Shown: positions 1 through 13,063, counted from the first letter of the stretch. The stretch: DNA of 64,000 nt from Azolla caroliniana (GCA_043228905.1 JBHGNT010000012.1:14818001-14882000), one strand, 5' to 3'. The notes: generated by a model not told the origin, from the letters alone. Made by a program: numbers and translations.

Positions 1-410
1 ACGGATACGCAAGCCGGTGCGTAACAAGAGGCCGTATCGGTGTGTAAACCGAAAGGCCGTTAGAAGAGATATTCCTCGTAAGGAATAGTTTTGGGAGTAA
101 GTGTCGAGGTTCATTTATGATCAGTCAAGTACTGTCAGTACTTGTGTCAGCCTGATTGTCAGGGCTTGTATAAAAGGTGCTCACTGAGCACGGTGTATGT
201 ATAGAGAGTTAGTGTTTTTGAATTGAGTTTTTTTTTTTGTGTTCTCTCTCTATCTCTCCCGTGTACTATGTATACTCAAGCTCTGCATTAAACCTGCGTA
301 TTTTCTGTGTGTTTGGTTTTCTATTGCTTCCGCATATAATCTTTTACAATCTACTTGGTTGCCCAAGTTGTGTGGTACAGATTTCGATATGCCTCAACTA
401 AGGCCGTGTT
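1..410 (+). repeat. Probable LTR fragment of an unidentified element (truncated by window edge)
   Basis: TATAAAAG at ~169 followed by GA-, T- and CT-rich tracts, as in the other LTRs here. No partner LTR in the window; right boundary uncertain. Confidence 0.3.
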
Positions 411-1634
411 TAAATCTGGTAGCTCCATGAGGAGAGAAGCATTTTGTGCTTGCTTTTTCTGCCCTATCTTCTATAAGACTCGATCCTCGTGAGATTCGAT
501 TTCTCCCATTAGAGCGCGTTGGATCATCTTTGTTTCCGCGTGCTCCTCGGCCATACGAGCGGCGACAGCTACTTGGGCGTGCGTGAGGAAATCCATTAAC
601 TCATATGTTGTGCCTAGTTGAAGTAGTGCACTGAACTCGTATGCCTCCGCAGGGAGATCTTTGTAATCGAGGACTTCCTCCTATGATATCTGTGTGGTTT
701 GTCCATGCTCGATCCTACCGACTTGGAGTCATGACTCCACTAGTACCATGGTCGTGGAGGTCGGGCTGGCCTCCTTTGCTTTCTGATGCTGGGTGCCCTT
801 GGTTTCTGTGGTCGACTCGCGATTGATGCATTCTCTTGGATTTGGCTGATCCTGTGAATCTGGGGCCGATGGTGTTGGCTCCTTGGCTTGTTTCCTCTTT
901 TGTTGTTGTATGCCCGAGGGCTGCTGGGTTCTGGAGAGGGCATCGATCTCCTTAGTGTCTTCTATCGTATGGTGACATCCTCAGTGATGGGCTCCTCAGC
1001 CTTGTCCCATTCGACATGGGTCACTGTTAACAACCGTTGCTTCTAAGTTTTTGGTGGGGGTGGTGGCGAGGCGGAAGTAGGGTTCTGAACGGCAGAGGGA
1101 GGTGGAGAAGGCGAGGGGTGTTCCCATTCTTCCTGGGTTAACGCCAAAATCTTCTCCCGTTGTTTCCGTGGTGGTGGTGGGGAGGTAAGGATGCGACGAG
1201 AGGAAACTGAAGGAGGTGGGTAGAGGACTGTGAGGAAATGATTAATCACAGGCAACAATCGCTTATTGGTTTGAAAAGATTCGAGCACTGCACAAACTCC
1301 TTCGTCGGTGAAGATTCCCCAATCGATTTTGTCGCCTTCGTACGTTATTATGATGATGGCGAATTTGTTCTGGAGCATACTCATGGGATTTGTATGCACA
1401 AAGGCGTATTCCATTAAACTTCGGGCGATCTCCCCAAAAGCCTTGTTTGGTCCTCCATAAGTGCAGTAGGTTTTTCCCGACATCGAGTACATCCCAAAGT
1501 ATTCCTTGAGGGTCACATGAGGAGGAATCTCGACCTCATGGTCTCCGCATCGCGCAAGGTCTAGAGCAGCGTGAATGATGTTGTTGGTTATCATGTCAAG
1601 GTGGATTCTGCATGCTATTGCTTGGGCGTCAGGG

Positions 1635-2058
1635 TGTCATGATATGGCAAGACTCGAACCCATGACCTTATGCTACATGGGTCGAGCTCTTACCATTAGA
1701 CTATGAATTGTAATACATAAGATATTATTTTCATCTATGTTTTATCATAGAAAATTGATGTATATTCCAGATCTCTCTAGAACATTCTAGAAGCTTCAGG
1801 ATTATTCCTGAGAACACTATAAAAGAGGGCACTAGGCATTATGTTGAACCAAATTGGTTCAACACCAGTCTTAAGCCTCTTAGCCGATTTGTACTTATCT
1901 TTCATATAATATAAGAGCTGCTGTCATCATCTTATCTCTCTCTCTCCTCTTCTCACTTCCTCTCTCTCGTGAATATTACGCAGTGTCGTCCTCATAGTAC
2001 TAATAGTACTACTCTTCTTAGTACTAATTCCATCTCTGTTTTAGTACTATTCCTGATA
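1635..2058 (+). repeat. 5' LTR of A
   Basis: TGTCATG...CCTGATA, direct repeat of 6798-7221, TATA box at ~1818. Confidence 0.95.
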
Positions 2059-2060
2059 GT

Positions 2061-2072
2061 TTGAACCAATTT
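2061..2072 (+). promoter_or_regulatory. Self-priming primer-binding site of A
   Basis: TTGAACCAATTT is the exact complement of LTR 1851-1862; no TGG-starting tRNA PBS is present. Confidence 0.8.
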
Positions 2073-2132
2073 TCCTCTTTCCTCCAGCCTACTGGTCGTT
2101 CTCCCTCATCCTCCTACCCTTTTCCCTCTACT

Positions 2133-3290
2133 ATGGCTACTGTTAGCGCCCAAGAATATCAATCCGTTTTCTCCGAGTTACAGTGCCTAAAAGAAAAGTT
2201 TGTTTCCCTGGAACAAGAAAACCAACGGCTGATAGGGGATCTGCAACAAATCGCTCTAGAAAATCAACAAACGCAGCAACAACATGGGGAGTTAGTGTTA
2301 CGGGTGCAACAACTCGAAGCTACATTGCAACAACAAGGATCAAGTCCCCAAGGATTTCATAAAGAGCCGAAGATTGGACTTCCTATGAAATTTGATGAAA
2401 CGTGATCACAATTCAGGGGATTCCTTAATCAGGTACGATAAGTCCTCCAAATGCATCCTTCCCGATACCCCACTGATGCATCACGAGTCGGCTTAATAGG
2501 CACGTTGCTTAGCGGCTCAGCCTTAGCATGGTTCGCTCCGCTTCTAGAAAAACAATCGCCCTTGCTTAATAACTTTGAAGATTTTATTAGTGAGTTCAAA
2601 GCCTGCTTTGGAGACACCGACAACATCAGGACAACGATCAACAAGATCCGGCGATTGCGTCAAGGCGATCGTCCAGCCTCTGCCTACGCGGCGGATTTCC
2701 GCCTACTCGCTTCCAACATACCCTGGGATGATCAAGCACTAATGGAGCAGTTTCGCTATGGCCTGCGAAATGATGTCAAAGATCTACTTCTAACCTTCCC
2801 CGAAGAACCAAAGTCTCTTACGGAGGCCATCAGTCGAGCGGTCCGATGTGACAACCGCCTCTTCGAACGGCGTTCGAAACGTCAATTACAGATACCACGC
2901 GCTAGGCCGGAGCCCACTTACGCCGCAGTCGCGGCTAGACCGTTTGCACGAGACATACCTCAAGCAAATACTTCGACACCGATGGAGATCGATACCATGC
3001 GTCGACGCGGCCCGTTATTGGAAGAAGAAAAGCAACGACGACGTGCAAATCGATTATGTCTTTATTGTGGTGGACCAGGGCATATCGCAATCAATTGTCC
3101 CCATAGGCCAAGAAGACAGGTAAATCAAATTGTAGCCTGTACTAAACCCGAGTCAATTCTTCCCTTAGGAGTGTCTGATAGTATTAATAGTACTAATAGA
3201 GTGTTTGATAGTATTCATAGTACTAATAGCCCAAGTATCTCAAATAAATTTGAAATCCTTAGTCAATTAGATGAAGATTTAAATGATTGA
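2133..3290 (+). pseudogene. gag: Gag of A (coiled coil, retrotransposon gag domain, CCHC knuckle); one premature TGA at 2403
   Basis: ORFs 2061..2405 and 2451..3290 are in the same frame; CLYCGGPGHIAINC knuckle. Confidence 0.92.
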
Positions 3291-6200
3291 GTCCAGCCAA
3301 AATAGGAGCCATTTGGTTGGACAGCAACCCTAGATCTGTACAGCCCATTAGTGGTTCCATTCCTTCCAAGCAAGTTAGCAATGTGTTCCTAGCCCAAGTC
3401 ATTGTTAGTACTAAAAGTACTCCCCCAGTACCCGTCCTAGCACTTTTAGATTTCGGAGCTAATTCCTGTTTCATGGATCGAAATTTTGCCCAAGCTTCTC
3501 AGATATCCTTAAGAAAACTTCCTTGTCCCGCATCTGTAGTAGTCATTGATGGTCGTCCCATTGCTTCCGAGAATATTGTAGAAGAATCAGAACCCATTCA
3601 AGTTGTCCTAGGTAGTTTTGTGTGTGTAATATCATTTAATATAATTAGTAGTCCAGAGCATCCCATTGTCCTAGGATTACCTTGGTTTGAATTACATAAT
3701 CCAGCCATAGATTGGAGAACAAGAGAAGTCCGATATCGACCACCCCAAGAACCAACTCACCAAGTTTCGACCATTTCACTCCATCAACTACGCGAAGAAG
3801 GACCCAAGGAGGCAATGTTCCTATTTGCAATATCAGTACATCCTTCCAGCACTATTAAGAAGGACTCCTCAGTACAACTTCCGGCAAAATATCATCCTTA
3901 TGCCGATGTATTTGACAAGGTAAAAGCCGGTACCCTTCCTCATCACCGTCCCTATGACTGTCCCATCAATTTACAACCAGGAACCGAGCCACCATGGGGA
4001 CCAATTTACAACTTGTCACCCACCGAGTTAGAAGTCCTTCGAGCCTACATAGAGGAGAACTTGGCAAGCGGGTTCATCCGCCATTCGAAATCTCCGGCCA
4101 GTGCACCCATCTTCTTTGTCAAGAAGAAAGATGGCTCACTTTGTCTTGTTGTTGATTACCGCGGATTGAATAAAGTCACCATCCGGAATAGGTATGCACT
4201 TCCTCTTATATCAAGTCTTTTAGAGCGAGTTAATGGTGCCAAGTTTTTTACTAAAATCGACCTACGAGGAGCGTATAACCTCATGCGGATCCGACTGGGA
4301 GATGAGTGGAAGACCGCCTTTCACACGCGGTATGGGCATTTCGAGTATACTGTTATGCCCTTTGGCCTAACCAATGCACCAACAGTCTTCCAACACATGG
4401 CAAATGATATATTCAGAAACTTCTTGGATATCTGTTTGATCATTTATCTGGATGATCTATTGATTTATTCGAAGACCTAGGAAGAGCACGATTCTCATGT
4501 ACTATTAGTACTAAAGCGACTCCGCGAGAATGGTCTTTATGCCAAGCTAGAAAAATGTAGCTTTGACTGCAAGCAAGTGGAATTTCTAGGCTACGTCATC
4601 TCCTCAAAGGGCATCGCCATGGATCCAACTAAAATCCAAACTGTACTAGAGTGGCAAATTCCACGGTCGGTACGAGATGTACAATGTTTTCTAGGTTTTG
4701 CTAACTTCTACCGTAAGTTTATACAGGATTACTCGAAGATTATTTTACCTCTCACACAACTTACGAAGAAGGGCCAAGCATTTCTTTGGTCCATAGAAGC
4801 AGATATGGCTTTTCGGCATCTTAAGAAAGCCTTTACATCAGCACTGATTCTAGCTCATGTGGATACAAGCAAACCATTCATCATGGAGGCCGACGCATCA
4901 GATTTCGCATCCTTTCTCAACAAGGCGATAAAGAAGAGTTGCATCCGGTGGCTTTCCATTCGCGCAAATTCGATGTCGCAGAAATCAACTACGAAATACA
5001 TGACAAGGAGTTATTAGCCATCGTGGATTCATTTGTACAATGGTGGCATTTCTTAGAGGGCTCTCCACATCAGGTCATTGTCTTTGGCGATCATAAAAAT
5101 CTTGCTTATTTTCAGAACGCTCGCATACTAAATCGACGGCAAGCTCGGTGGGCGCAATTCCTCACACGTTTCGACTTCAAAATCACATATCGACCGGGGA
5201 AGTAGCAAGGAAAAGCAGATGCACTATCACGGCGTTCATATCTTGCACCTCGTCCTGGTGACGCAACATTTGATAATCAAAAGCAAATAATCTTGGGACC
5301 AACACGATTGCACACGACGCGGAGTTTTCACACCCCGATGGATTCACGGATTACCGATGACATACGTGCAACCTTGAAGACGGATAGTTTTGCTCAAGAC
5401 ATCCTGGCGCACATTGATACTTCTCGGGCATCCTGTTCTCAGTCTCAACAACCAGGTATTGACTACCGACAATTCGAATATCATGATGGTTTGTTATTCT
5501 TTAAAAAGCGCGTATATGTCCCCGATTGCTCCTGTCGCCTTCAAATCGTCCAGCATTGTCACGACACTCATACGGCGGGACATTTCGGTAGTACTAAGAC
5601 GTTGGAGCTAGTGCAGCGATCTTTTTGGTGACCCCACATGCGTTGTTTTGTCGACGACTACGTTCGGACCTGTGATGCTTGCTGCCGAGCAAAGATGCCA
5701 CGACACCATCCATATGGCTTGTTGGAACCCTTACCGATTCCAAGTAAGCCGTGGCAGTCTATTTGTCTTGATTTTATCACAGATCTGCCGGTCTCGAAGG
5801 GGTTCGATGCTATCCTAACCGTCGTCGATCGATATACGAAGATGGCACATTTTGTGCCATGTACTAAAGCCATCACTAGCGAGGAAACCGCCGCTCTTGT
5901 TATGCGTGAGGTATTTCGGCATCATGGCCTCCCAGACAGTATTATCAGTGACCGAGGCCCGCAATTTGTCTCCAAATTTTGGCAGCATCTCTTCAAGATG
6001 CTCAAGGTCTCCTGCAACCTCTGCTCCGGTTACCATCCTCAGACCGACGGGCAGGCGGAACGAACAAACCAAACGCTGGAGCAATATCTCCGGTGTTTCC
6101 TGAGTTATCAACAGGATGATTGGGCCAAGATTCTCCACTTTGCGGAGTTTGCGTATAATAATGCTATTCACTCCTCGACTCGGGTCTCCCCATTTTTCGC

Positions 6201-6786
6201 TTATACCGGTTTCCATCCTCGCTGGTCGGTGATCGACACTCCGGAGCTACCTACCAACCCTCGTGCCGAGGATCATTTGGAGAGGCTACGCAAGATCCAG
6301 ATGGATCTCCCTACTCACCTTCGTCATGCTCAACACACAGAAGACTTATGCGGATCGTCATCGGATTCCCTCCTCTTTTGCCATCGAAGATCGAGTATGG
6401 CTCTTACGTCGTCACATCAAGACTACTCGACCGTGCGACAAGTTGGAGATCTCCCTCCGCAGCTTCAGATACATCCTATTTTCCATTGTTCTCTTCTTGA
6501 ACCTTATAAAGCCAACACCATTCCCGATCGTGTGACACCACCGCCGCCCCCACTGGAGTTGGACGCCGGCCCGGAGTATGAAGTTGCTGCCATCCTCGAT
6601 TCCAAACTTGTTCGCAACAAACTTTATTACTTGGTCGATTGGCTCGATTATAGTCCGAGTGAACGTACTTGGGAACCCGTCGAGCATGTTGCCAATGCTC
6701 AGGATCTTTTTGCTGATTTCCACCGAATGTATCCGGACAAACCCCGTCCGCAATCAGCGCCGACTCGTTCCACTCGTCGTCTTTAA
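3278..6786 (+). pseudogene. pol: Pol of A (protease, RT, RNase H, integrase, chromodomain) with stops, frameshifts and small deletions
   Basis: ALLD(F)[28 protein letters not shown] and QTDGQAER motifs in successive ORFs. Confidence 0.95.
6575..6735 (+). other. Group I chromodomain at the integrase C-terminus
   Basis: EYEVAAILD...YYLVDWLDYSPSERTWEP retains the aromatic-cage residues Y, W and Y. Confidence 0.9.
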
Positions 6787-6797
6787 GGGGAAGATAG

Positions 6798-7221
6798 TGT
6801 CATGATATGGCAAGACTCGAACCCATGACCTTATGCTACATGGGTCGAGCTCTTACCATTAGACTATGAATTGTAATACATAAGATATTATTTTCATTTA
6901 TTCTTTATCATAGAAAATTGATGTATATTCCAGATCTCTCTAGAACATTCTAGAAGCTTCAGGATTATTCCTGAGAACACTATAAAAGAGGGCACTAGGC
7001 ATTATGTTGAACCAAATTGGTTCAACACCAGTCTTAAGCCTCTTAGCCGATTTGTACTTATCTTTCATATAATATAAGAGCTGTTGTCATCATCTTATCT
7101 CTCTCTCTCCTCTTCTCACTTCCTCTCTCTCGGGAATATTACGCAGTGCCGTCCTCTTAGTACTAATAGTACTACTCTTCTTAGTACTAATTCCATCTCT
7201 GTTTTAGTACTATTCCTGACA
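6798..7221 (+). repeat. 3' LTR of A
   Basis: TGTCATG...CCTGACA followed by the TSD. Confidence 0.95.
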
Positions 7222-7869
7222 CAGGGTGCACTGGAGCATCGATGACCCGTAAGTAGCCGTCCAATTCTCGTTGTTATAGCCAAGAACGGGTTTCCGGTGA
7301 TGTTGCGAGAGGCATGGTGGTCTCGAAGGTTTGCTGATAGGGGGAGTGGGGGAAGCGATGAGATGAGGGTGAGACAGAGAAATGGAAGAAGATGGTTGGG
7401 GAGGACACCGTAGTTCTGTGCAGGGGCTACGAGGCGAGAGGAGGCCTGTTGGTAGGGACGATGAGAACGAGAGAGAGCTTGGGAGCTTGAAGGCGGTGAA
7501 GGCAAGAACACTTTTGTGTGAGTGGGCGTGTTGTGTGTGGGGTAGTTTCTTTTATGTGACTGCCTAGGGTTTTGTGCAGGGAGAAGATCCTTTAAATTCT
7601 TGGTTGTGGCTGCCATAATAAGGTATTATGGCCACACGTCACAGGAGTGCTATGTCTGATGTGCATGTTCCTTAAATATTCTACTTTAAGGTGAAGGTGA
7701 CTAGTTGGTGTGCCTAAGAAAATGTTGTGATTTGGGGTGATTTGTTAGGTAGTTTAGGTAAGGCTAATTTAACTGCTAAAACTGGGTAGGTCAATATTTT
7801 ACCGATGGGGAAATGTAGCTGCCTTCGTAGCGTCGTCCATGAATTGGTCCGTGCCGTGAGACTCAACGA

Positions 7870-8650
7870 AGGGATTATCTGGGGTATTTCTGTGGTAAGG
7901 TCGCAGTCAGAATCCATTTACCGAACTTTTGACGATGTCCCCGGCAAGTGTGTCGAGTTGGATTGTGCCATTAAACTCGTCAATTATCCAGAAGGGGCCT
8001 GTCCATCGAAATCGTAATTTCCCCGACATAGCACCAAGTCGTGTTTGGAAGACCAGAACTGGTTTACCGATGGTAAGTTTTTTCTCCGTACCTTTCTGGT
8101 GACAATCGACGAAGGATTTGCGTGACCATTGGCGTTGTTCCAGTTGAGCGATGCTGGTCACTCAATGTTCGCCGAGTTTGAGGAGTTATTCGAGCCGATA
8201 TTGTTCTGATTGGACCTCGGGTAACCTTTCCTTAACCTGAACTTGGAGACTTGGAACTTGGAAATCGATCAGCATGACTGCTTCCAAACCAAAGGCCATC
8301 TGAAAGGGTGTAGGTTGAATGCTAGTTTTAAATGTGTTGCGATATGCCCATAATGCACTCTGGAGCTTGTCATCCCAATCAATGCGGTTCTCATTGACGA
8401 TATTTTTCAAGATTGGTTGCAAAATTTTATTAGTAGATTCCGCCAATCCGTTTGCCTGAGGATAGTACGATGTACTTTTCTTATGTACGACCGCGTAGTG
8501 TGTAGTGAGCTCGTGAATTATGCGGTTTATAAAATGCCCTCCCTTGTCACTAATGAGCTTGATTGGGCATCCATATTGGCACCATAGATGTTCGTATACG
8601 AATTTTGTCGTGGATGTAGCCGTGTTATCCCGTAGTGCCTTAGCCTGTAC
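7870..8650 (-). pseudogene. pol: Integrase core and C-terminus of B
   Basis: YGCPIKLISDKG...YYPQANGLAESTNK...WDDKLQSALWAYR...RWTGPF. Confidence 0.85.
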
Positions 8651-10400
8651 CCATTAAGGGTTTCCCACAAATGGTCATCTTCGGCCATGGTGGATGGTCC
8701 TATGGCCGGTGGTGCACCGATGGTCATGTCTTGCATTTTTGTGTGCATCCGTTCCACGTTGCTTTTATTGGCGGTCTCAATCCGTTCCTTGGTTGCTTGT
8801 CGGATGTCATCTTGTTCTTGCCATTGGTTGGCTTGGGTCTTGCTACGTGTAGAGACGTGTTGAACGTCGGCCATAATAGTATTCACAGTTGGGGCCTTGC
8901 CGCAGTCTGTGGTTGGGCATTGGGTAGCGTAGTGGTCGGGTTTGTTACACTTAAATCAGGTAACGGATGCCGAGTTGCTGGTGTCACCGTGCTCAGTGTG
9001 TCGGAAAGGTTGTGGGTGGTTCCCGGCCGCTTGTGTAGGCGTGTTCGCTCGTGGCACGTTCGGCAGGATGTTTGGAGGTGGGTCCCGACGACGATTGTCG
9101 TTCTACCGTCGATTGTTCTGGAAACCTCTATAAGAGTTTCTTCTATCGCTTCGTGAATACCGTTGATCGTACCGGTCATCCCGGTCGTCGTCATACCGAT
9201 CATACTGATCGTTTGCTCTATATTGGTCATCGTGGTACTGGTCATGATGGTCGTCTGATCTCATGTGATTGTCGTGGAGGTAACGGTCGTCGTTACGTCG
9301 GTAGTCGTCGTCGCGGCACTGGCGATCCGGAGATCGTGGTTGCTTGTTTGCCCGATGTCCATATGACTAACGTTCATCCTGCCGGGAGTATGTATTGCGA
9401 AGCTCGATTTGGCGAACCGGAGCCGTCGTTGTGCGGTTGAGCATGTTGTACTCACATTGTTCGATCGTGTGAGCTCGGGACTGACATATTGGGCAGTGTG
9501 GCCGGTGAGGGCACTCGAGAGCCAGATGGCCTGAGCCTGAGCAAGTCGTGCATTGGAGGGCTTGTCGGAAACGATTGTCCTCCTGAGAAAGGGAGTTTTG
9601 CAAAGAGTCCATGGAGAAAGCCGTGTTATGCCATCCTATCGATGGCAAGGATGTGTGCGATGACTTGCTCGATCCTCTGGTTAGAGAAATTGGTAAGTGC
9701 GAGAGTCTTCCGTAGAGGCTCCCGTAGGCTGGACAGGAAGGTATCCGGAATGTGATGGGCGGAGACATCGTCGGCCAGTTGTAGGTAGAGATACTAGAAA
9801 CCGGATTGTGAACTGGGCGACCGTCTCGTGAGGTTCTTGGCTCATGGAAAAGAACTGCCAGAGTAGTTCGCGCTTCAAAACATGGCGGTCAAATAATTCT
9901 AGAAACTTTGTGCGAACGTCCTGGAACATTGTGACCTTCCCCATGTCGAGGCGGGAATACCATCGAGTAGCCAGGCCATTGAGGGATAAAGCGAACTCCA
10001 CGATTTTGGAGGACTCAATTTCGGCAGCCGCTAACCGCTGCGTCGAGTGGTTGGCCTTCCATGTGGACACAAAAGCACGGGTGTGTGATTCCGTGTCGGG
10101 GCCGTAGGTATATCATGGGTAAGGGTAAGGCATGGTAACGAGATCCGGGTCTTCAGGTAAAGCCGAAAAAGGGTTAGGGTTAGGTTGGGTGACCTCTGGA
10201 GGGCTCGGTGGGGAGTTCGGCGCGGAATCAACTCGTGACTGGCTATCGGGTGGCGAGGATTGCAACTAGTGAGCCTCCGATCATTCCTGGAAAGATTGGT
10301 CAGTGACCGCCGTGTTGGAAGTTCCTTCGACTAGCTCTGGGCGTTGGGCAGGTGGCCGAGACCGCGTGATGCGATTAGGCGCCGTAATGGCAGTTGGAGT
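8650..10400 (-). pseudogene. gag: Gag of B with two zinc knuckles and an Arg/Asp-rich low-complexity tail
   Basis: LNGLATRWYS..QEPHETVAQF; CTTCSGSGHLALEC and CPICQSRAHTIEQC. Confidence 0.75.
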
Positions 10401-10454
10401 TTGCCTCCTACGTCGTTCGTTGTGACCTTACAACTGTAACTGGGCGTGCAAAAT

Positions 10455-10920
10455 TGTGTTAACCACCTTCGATTAGCCCACAGGCTATCGGTGTCAAGGG
10501 ATTGTGTTACGGGGAAGCTTCTTCTCCACTGAGAAGATGATAGGAGAATGAGGAGCGTACATGGGCTACAACCCGTTAGGCATAAACGCAACTCGATTTA
10601 CGAGTATGGGGAGAATACACAGATAAAAGAATAGTAAGAGAGAAATTTATATTAAAGGATAAAGCTGAAAGTGATTACAGTACATGGCTCTCGGCCGGAC
10701 ACAGTTCGTGCAGAGCTCGGTGCTACGATATTAATCTCGCTAAAAATGATCTAGATATCCCCCCCTTGAGGTATGCCGATCTCGGTTTATATAGTTTTCC
10801 TCTTTAGACAGAGCCGAGTCATCGGCTGATTGTGAGGGCTAAAAACTCGATTATTTCTAGTTCTACCTATTTCCTCACCTGCTATTCTACCTACCAGCAA
10901 GTTTACATAATGTATTTACA
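10455..10920 (-). repeat. 5' LTR of B
   Basis: TG start, TATATAAA, ends ...TTAACACA just before the PBS-like motif; abruptly interrupts the gag of C. Confidence 0.7.
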
Positions 10921-11588
10921 TTTCTGGCCTATGGACAACAGGTGGCGATTTCCATCGGTGTCGGAGTATTTGCTTGAGATACATCTCGTGCAAACGGTTT
11001 AGTTGCAATTGAGGCGTATGTGGGCTCTGGCCTAGTCCGTGGTATTTGTAATTGTCCTTCCGAACGTCGTTCAAAAAGGCGGTTGTCGCATCAAACCGCT
11101 CGACTGATTGTCGTTGTGAGAGATTTTGGTTCTTCGGGGAAGGTTGAAAGTAAATCTTTGACGTCGTTTCGCAGGTCATAGTGAAACGGCTCCATCAGTG
11201 CTTGATCATCCCAAGGGATATCTGAGGAGAGTAGACGGATATCCGCCGCGTAGGCAGAGGTTGGACGATCGCCTTGACGCAATAGTCGGATCTTGTTGAT
11301 TTCCATCCTGATGTTATTGGGATCTCCAAAGTAAGCTTTAAACTCGCTAATAAAGTCTTCAAAGTTATTAAGCAAGGGAGATTATTTTTCTAAAAGAAGA
11401 GTGAACCATGCCAAGGCTGAGCCGCTGTGCAACGTGCCTATTAAGCCTACTCAGGATGCATCAGTGAGATATCAGGAAGGATGCATCTGAATGACTAAAC
11501 ATACCTGATTAAGGAACCCTATGAATTGTGATCGTGTTCCATTGAATTTTATAGGAAGTCCAATCTTGGGCTCTTTACAGGTCCTTGG
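10921..11588 (-). pseudogene. gag: Element C: gag fragment of an A-family chromovirus, bounded by insertions B and D
   Basis: LNNFEDFISEFKAYFGD...IPWDDQALME is nearly identical to A gag. Confidence 0.9.
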
Positions 11589-13046
11589 TGTTGCGGGCAT
11601 GACCATATAATATCCCGTGGTGAGAATTTACCCTAGTATTCTATACACGTGGATAAGTGTGAGGGTTAAATGAGAGTGTAAAGAAGGGGATGATTACTTT
11701 TAATCCTCGGGATTGAGAAAACCCATTAGGCCAAGTGTGAACTTGTCTAGGGGCCTTGGGTATTGCTATAAATAAGAGGCCTAGCTACCCTCATTTGATC
11801 ATCTTTTGACTACGTCGAGACTCTGTTTCGTGGTGGTTCAACTCTTGCCGCGAGCATGCCAGCACCAGGTATGACTCGACGCCATAGCGGTGGTATGGGA
11901 CGCCGATTGAGACTCGAGTCCGTCTTGATCCCTTCGCTCGGGGGTGGTCGGGTGGATCGGCACCCTTCTTTCTCTCTCTCCTTTCTATCTATCTATCTTT
12001 ATCCTTATCATATGCTTACTTTAGATCATATCTCTAATAGTTGGTTTCAAAGCTCGTGTTCTAATGTTTCTTTTGTTGTCTTTTGTCTTCTTGATTCATG
12101 GTGATTGATCAATGTGCGGTCGGTCTTGATCCAGAGAATGATCAACAAAGGAACTTCAGTAATCTTTCTTGTTTTTATTTTCTATTTTTTCTTCTCCCTT
12201 CTAATCATGTATATGGTCATATGTATTTTTTTTATCATTAATTCAATGATGTTGTAGTGGTAATTAATTGGTTATATAAAACATTTACATATGTGCACGA
12301 GGTCAATACCTCATTTGACATATATTTAATATGTGATTAATGTCGTATACGTACGAGGTTAATACCTCAATTAGGTTGTCGTAGTGTGAATCACACACTC
12401 CGTGAAATATGTAAAATACTATATCCGATTTAAAGTACGTATAATAAATAAAATAAAATATTTAAAAAAATATTTATTACGTGCATAGGGCAAGATTCAA
12501 ACCTTGTACCTCCACGTAAACAAACCCCAACTTTACCATTGTACTAACTTATCATTAGTGTTCTAAATGTAGATTTAATACCTATAAGACCTTTATTTAC
12601 GCTTACCTTTATTAAAAAGATAAGTCATTCATTTTTAGAGTACATGAATGCTTTATTTATAAGAAAAATGTAAACCAATAAAATATTACTCATGCACATC
12701 TAGTGTGCATGAACACTTTTAGCGAAAGTAGGAAGTCATGCTTAGCCTCTCCCATCCTTATATAAGGAGGAGAGAAATATGTATAAGGTTGTTGATTATT
12801 TTACAAGGGTTGATTAATATAATATATTCGTGGGATTCACGAATTTGCTAACTATTTTTCTCTCTTAAAACTAAGTACTCACTAATACACTATACTCGTG
12901 GGATTCACGAGATTTTCATATCTTTCTTCCTTACAATATATTTCATATTCTTAATTGCCTTGGAATTTAGTTTTCTCCTAGTCCAAAACCTCAGTGGTTC
13001 CCGCCCAACTCACACAATGATCCGGAGCCGAAAGGCACGACACATT

Positions 13047-13063
13047 TGGTGAACCCGACGTGA
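13047..13063 (+). promoter_or_regulatory. tRNA-Trp primer-binding site
   Basis: Complement of the plant tRNA-Trp 3' end (UCACGUCGGGUUCACCA); also at 36376-36392 (-) and degenerate at 43846-43862 (-). Confidence 0.85.

Larger units (their letters stand above)
1635..7221 (+). mobile_element. Element A: full-length, degenerate Ty3/gypsy chromovirus (Tcn1/Tf1-sushi-like)
   Basis: Two 424-bp LTRs (about 2% different by hand count), TSD CAGGG at 1630-1634 and 7222-7226, gag-PR-RT-RH-IN-chromodomain order, PPT AAGGGGAAGATAG before 6798. Confidence 0.95.
1043..7315 (-). pseudogene. 3' accessory ORF of element B, split by element A (segments 7315-7227 and 1634-1043)
   Basis: Removing A and one CAGGG joins MPLATSPETRSWL*QRELDGYLRVIDAPVH to PDAQAIACRIHLD-MITNNIIHAAL... 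in frame; start context ACCACCATG. Confidence 0.65.
411..10920 (-). mobile_element. Element B: internally deleted non-chromoviral Ty3/gypsy (Tat/Athila-like), interrupted by element A; 3' LTR not seen
   Basis: Minus-strand LTR starts TGTAAATACA at 10920. Degenerate tRNA-Arg-type PBS (TTGCACGCCCAGT, ~10440-10452), gag with CCHC motifs, integrase C-half, 3' extra ORF. Confidence 0.7.

Noticed and set aside
417-436. TGGTAGCTCCATGAGG as a PBS making 1-410 a 5' LTR
   Set aside because: I cannot match it to a tRNA, there is no adjacent CA terminus, and the downstream coding sequence is on the opposite strand.
2403-2405. Programmed stop-codon readthrough in gag (TGA at the same site in A and F)
   Set aside because: The third copy (C, ~11533) has CGA, so recurrent CpG deamination explains it.
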